Assembly (NCBI GenBank): GCA_963700145.1
Contig: OY969474.1
Span: 1,792,001-1,856,000, forward strand
DNA: 64,000 bases
Source: an uncultured Acidobacteriota bacterium
GTDB taxonomy: Bacteria; Acidobacteriota; Thermoanaerobaculia; Multivoradales; UBA5704
Direction of reading: 5' to 3'
Positions within the stretch are counted from its first letter, which is position 1. The number at the start of each line of letters is the position of its first letter. A program made the position numbers and the translations under genes. The notes beneath the pieces are model-generated. The model had not been told where the DNA came from. It did not search any database and saw only the letters and a list, made by a program, of their open reading frames with translations. Below, in pieces: positions 61,095 through 64,000 of this stretch.

Positions 61095-62126
61095 CTAGGT
61101 CCCCAGCTTCTCCCAGTCGCTGTCCGGGGCGTCCTGGGCGATGGCCAGGCCGCCGTCTGAGCCGACGAAGACCGGGTCCTTGACCACCCGCACCTTGCCG
61201 CCGCCGACCTCGGCGAGCGCGCGCTCGAGGCGCGGCCCGAGGCCGCGGACGAGGCCGGTGCCGCCCGAGAGGACGACGTTGTTGCGCACCCGTTCCTGGT
61301 ACTCGGGCTCGACGCGCGACAGCAGATCGAGCATCGACTCGACGAGCGGCGGCAGGACGCCCTCGCAGGCCTGGCGCATCTCGGCGGTGATGTCGATCTG
61401 CGTCGGCTTGCCCTCCACCGGCACCGTCACCACGACCGGGGCCTTGGTGTCGCCGACGAAGCTCGCCTCCTCCTTCCAGGCGCGCACCATGTGGATCGAG
61501 AAGCGCGCCTGCGGCTGCCGCTCGCGCAACAGGCGGAAGAGCTGCTCATCGATCCAGTCGCCGGCCACGGTCAGCGTGCGCTGGTCGTCCTCGGTCGGCA
61601 GGCGGCCGTTCATGACGCAGAGGTCGGTGGTGCCGGCGCCGATGTCGATGATCATCGAGTGCAGCAGCGCCTCCATGCCGTAGGCCACGGCGAACGGCTC
61701 GGAGACGATGAGCAGGTTGTCCACCGCCCCCTGCAGCGCCTTGCGCACGTGCTGCTTGTTGACCCGCAGCGCCTCGGCCGGCACGCCGACGACGGCGCGC
61801 ACCTTGGCGCCGTTGCGCGCCGCCGGGTCGACGCCGGCCAAGCCCAGGAGGTGGCGCAGGAGCTCGCGCACCGCCGCTTCGTCTTTCTCCGAGCCGTCCT
61901 TGATCAGCCCCGCTTCCAGCGGCCGGTGGAGGTCGAGCATGGTGCGGTTGTCGAGCGCCTCGCGGCCGATCAGCACCGGGCGCTTGAGCACCTTGCGGGC
62001 CACCATGTCGAGCGGCCAGCCGACGTAGCTGTCCACCACGTGGCGCTGGCCGTTGGAAGCGGAGATCGAGCTCCTCGAGGTGCCGAGGTCGATCCCCACG
62101 AGCACGACGTCGGGGCGGTCGGTCAT
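61095..62126 (-). CDS. MamK-like actin-family ATPase
   Basis: GIDLGTS, VGVPA, VSEPFAVAYG, IIDIGAGTTD.C, G.LP..DDQ.TL..AG..IDE.L, PEYQ, VKDP.F.G, W..LG; closer to recalled MamK than to MreB. Confidence 0.85.
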   Translation of the reverse strand: MTDRPDVVLVGIDLGTSRSSISASNGQRHVVDSYVGWPLDMVARKVLKRPVLIGREALDNRTMLDLHRPLEAGLIKDGSEKDEAAVRELLRHLLGLAGVDPAARNGAKVRAVVGVPAEALRVNKQHVRKALQGAVDNLLIVSEPFAVAYGMEALLHSMIIDIGAGTTDLCVMNGRLPTEDDQRTLTVAGDWIDEQLFRLLRERQPQARFSIHMVRAWKEEASFVGDTKAPVVVTVPVEGKPTQIDITAEMRQACEGVLPPLVESMLDLLSRVEPEYQERVRNNVVLSGGTGLVRGLGPRLERALAEVGGGKVRVVKDPVFVGSDGGLAIAQDAPDSDWEKLGT

Positions 62127-62131
62127 CGCGG

Positions 62132-63157
62132 TCAGATTCCTTTCTGGGCGGCGGCGACGCCGGCGGCATAGGTGCGCACGCCGGCGGCGAGCGCCTCGGC
62201 GATCGCCTGCCGGTAGTCGGGGCTGGCGAGCAGGCGCGCCTCCTCCTCGTTCGAGAGGCAGGAGACCTCGGCCAGCACCGAGGGCATCTCGGTGGTGATG
62301 AGGACGATGAAGGGGGCGGCCTTGACGCCGCGGTCCTGGAGCGCCGGGTTGGCCGGGGCGAGCGAGCGGACGAGCGACCCCTGGAGCACCTCGGCGAGTC
62401 GCCGCGACTCCACCTGGCGCACGTCGGTGTAGATGCGTTCGAGGAGCGGCTTGAGGTCCGCCAGCGAGTAACCCGAGTCGTGGTTCTCGGCGGCGGCGAG
62501 GCGGTTGACGATGGGGTCGTCGCTGGCGCCGGCGTAATAGGTCTCGACGCCGCGCGCCGCGCGGTCCTCGATCCAGTTGAGGTGGATCGAGAGGAACAGG
62601 TCGGCGCCGGCCTCGTTGGCGAGCCGCGCCCGCTCCTTGAGCGGCACCTCGCGGTCGCCGCGGCGGGTCAGCACGGGCTCGAAGGCGTCGGCCGCGAGGC
62701 GGCGCGCGAGGCGGCGGGCGATGTCGAGCGTCAGCTCCTTCTCGAGCGGCCCCTGCGCGGCGCGGGTGCCGAGGCTGGCGCCGCCGTGGCCGGGGTCGAT
62801 CGCCACCCGCCGCACCGCGAGCGGGAAGACCGCGGGGTCGATCGGCCGCGGCGCGGGGAGGAGCGCGGCGGCGCGGGCGGCCGACGGCACCGCGAGCGCC
62901 GGCGCGGCGGCAGGGGTCGCCGCGGCGGCCGCCCGGGGGGCCTCCCGGCCGCCGCGGCCGCCGAGGAGCTGCGAGGAGCCGTAGAGCGCCACCGGCAGCA
63001 GCAGCACCACACCGAGGCGGAGCACCTCGCGCCCCAGCCAGCGCCGGCGCCGCCGCCGCGGCGGCAGGCCGTGGATCAGCTCGAGGTTCTCTTGCACGAG
63101 ATCGCGGAGCAGACGGCGCTTGCGCCGGGCGGAGAGCGCGGGCAGACCCAACGGCAC
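62132..63157 (-). CDS. Membrane-anchored N-acetylmuramoyl-L-alanine amidase (Amidase_3)
   Basis: IDPGHGG, EKELTL, LTR, FLSIHLN, PSVLAE; N-terminal Arg-rich stretch and TM. Confidence 0.92.
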   Translation of the reverse strand: MPLGLPALSARRKRRLLRDLVQENLELIHGLPPRRRRRRWLGREVLRLGVVLLLPVALYGSSQLLGGRGGREAPRAAAAATPAAAPALAVPSAARAAALLPAPRPIDPAVFPLAVRRVAIDPGHGGASLGTRAAQGPLEKELTLDIARRLARRLAADAFEPVLTRRGDREVPLKERARLANEAGADLFLSIHLNWIEDRAARGVETYYAGASDDPIVNRLAAAENHDSGYSLADLKPLLERIYTDVRQVESRRLAEVLQGSLVRSLAPANPALQDRGVKAAPFIVLITTEMPSVLAEVSCLSNEEEARLLASPDYRQAIAEALAAGVRTYAAGVAAAQKGI

Positions 63158-63223
63158 GACGGCGGCGGTTCCTCGGAAGTTGCTCGATTAAATACGGTTG
63201 CGGAGTGTACTACAGCTCGCGCC

Positions 63224-64000
63224 TCAGCCCCGGCCCAAGCGCACGACAAGCGCGCCGTCCACCTCGCGGACGGCGCGAACCACGACCCCGCGGTCGGCCA
63301 GGTCGAGCACCAGGTGGAGCTCGTCCTCTCCCGGCAGCACGTGGTGGCCGGTGCGCACCTGCTTCAGGTGCGGCGAGCCGACGGCGAGGAGGGCGCGGCC
63401 GAACGGGCGCTCGACGCCGCGGATGCGGAAGACCTCGCGCGGCGCCGGGCCGTCGAGGCGGTCGCGGGCGTAGCCGCCGGCCGCGATCGGCCCGTCACCG
63501 CGGATCGTCACCTCCGTCTCGCCGTCCACCTGCCGCCAGTCGATGCTGCGGATCGCGGTGAGGCGGACCGTGGGTGCCGGCGCGGGCGCGGCGGCGGCCG
63601 GCGGAGGGGCGGCCGGCTCCGCGAGGGTCGGCGGTTCGGCGCCAGGAGCGGCGGCGGCTGCCGCGGCGGTGTCGTCGCCGACGAGCGCCGGGAGCGGCTC
63701 CGGGATGGCGTCGTCCGAGGCGGCCGCCGCGGACGCCGGCGCTCCGGCCGGCGGCGCCGCCGGCGTCTCGGCGGTGGCAGTGGCCGAGCGCGCCGCCGGC
63801 CCCCGCTCGGGCGCCGCGCCGTCGCCGCCGAGGAGCCCGAAGCGGCGCATCAGGGGCTCCTGGAAGGCGAAGGCCGCCACGCCCAACGCGACGACCGCCA
63901 GCACCGCGGCGAGAGCGGCGATCCGCCGTGGGCTCCTCCGCTCGGGCGGGGGCGCGGCGGCGGCGTACGTGGCGAGCGGCGCCGGCGGCACCGGGAGAGG
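63224..64000 (-). CDS. Membrane protein with Pro/Ala linker and C-terminal AMIN-like domain (5' end outside the window)
   Basis: TM, low-complexity linker, VTIRGDG...LDGPAPREVF...LKQVRTG...LHLVLDL; frame open to the window edge. Confidence 0.7.
   Translation of the reverse strand, partial: PLPVPPAPLATYAAAAPPPERRSPRRIAALAAVLAVVALGVAAFAFQEPLMRRFGLLGGDGAAPERGPAARSATATAETPAAPPAGAPASAAAASDDAIPEPLPALVGDDTAAAAAAAPGAEPPTLAEPAAPPPAAAAPAPAPTVRLTAIRSIDWRQVDGETEVTIRGDGPIAAGGYARDRLDGPAPREVFRIRGVERPFGRALLAVGSPHLKQVRTGHHVLPGEDELHLVLDLADRGVVVRAVREVDGALVVRLGRG

Noticed and set aside
61095-62126. Canonical mreB, or evidence of a magnetosome island
   Set aside because: It lacks mreC/mreD neighbours and MreB-typical GTANT and IEEP motifs; no other mam genes are visible, so magnetotaxis cannot be claimed.

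Overview
High-GC bacterial chromosomal window, probably Acidobacteriota/Thermoanaerobaculia-like (inferred from gene content only). Housekeeping and metabolic genes include ltaE (partial), ribE, ribD, ftsY, aroB, an Rne/Rng ribonuclease, glgX, dnaE2, otsAB, a DUF1998 helicase, udgX and a selenocysteine formate dehydrogenase operon with an in-frame TGA and SECIS hairpin. There are two accessory patches. The first (~2-7.2 kb) splits ribD from ribE and holds integron-cassette-like relics, three toxin-antitoxin modules and a 21-bp repeat array. The second (~31.9-36 kb) holds a low-GC secreted-protein gene, an IS256 element and more 21-bp arrays. Best candidates for undescribed systems: (1) a MamK-like actin closely coupled to a membrane-anchored peptidoglycan amidase and an AMIN-domain protein, with no magnetosome genes in view; (2) a small secreted peptide ending GCGIDGNGNPTPCR next to a Zn-finger-like/TPR protein; (3) an ATP-grasp/YbdK/peptidase/esterase peptide-ligase cluster preceded by a PptH-like phosphoesterase; (4) a family of 21-bp-period palindromic DNA arrays. 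Many genes look leaderless, and three sigma54-type promoters are visible. All family assignments come from recalled motifs; no database search was run.
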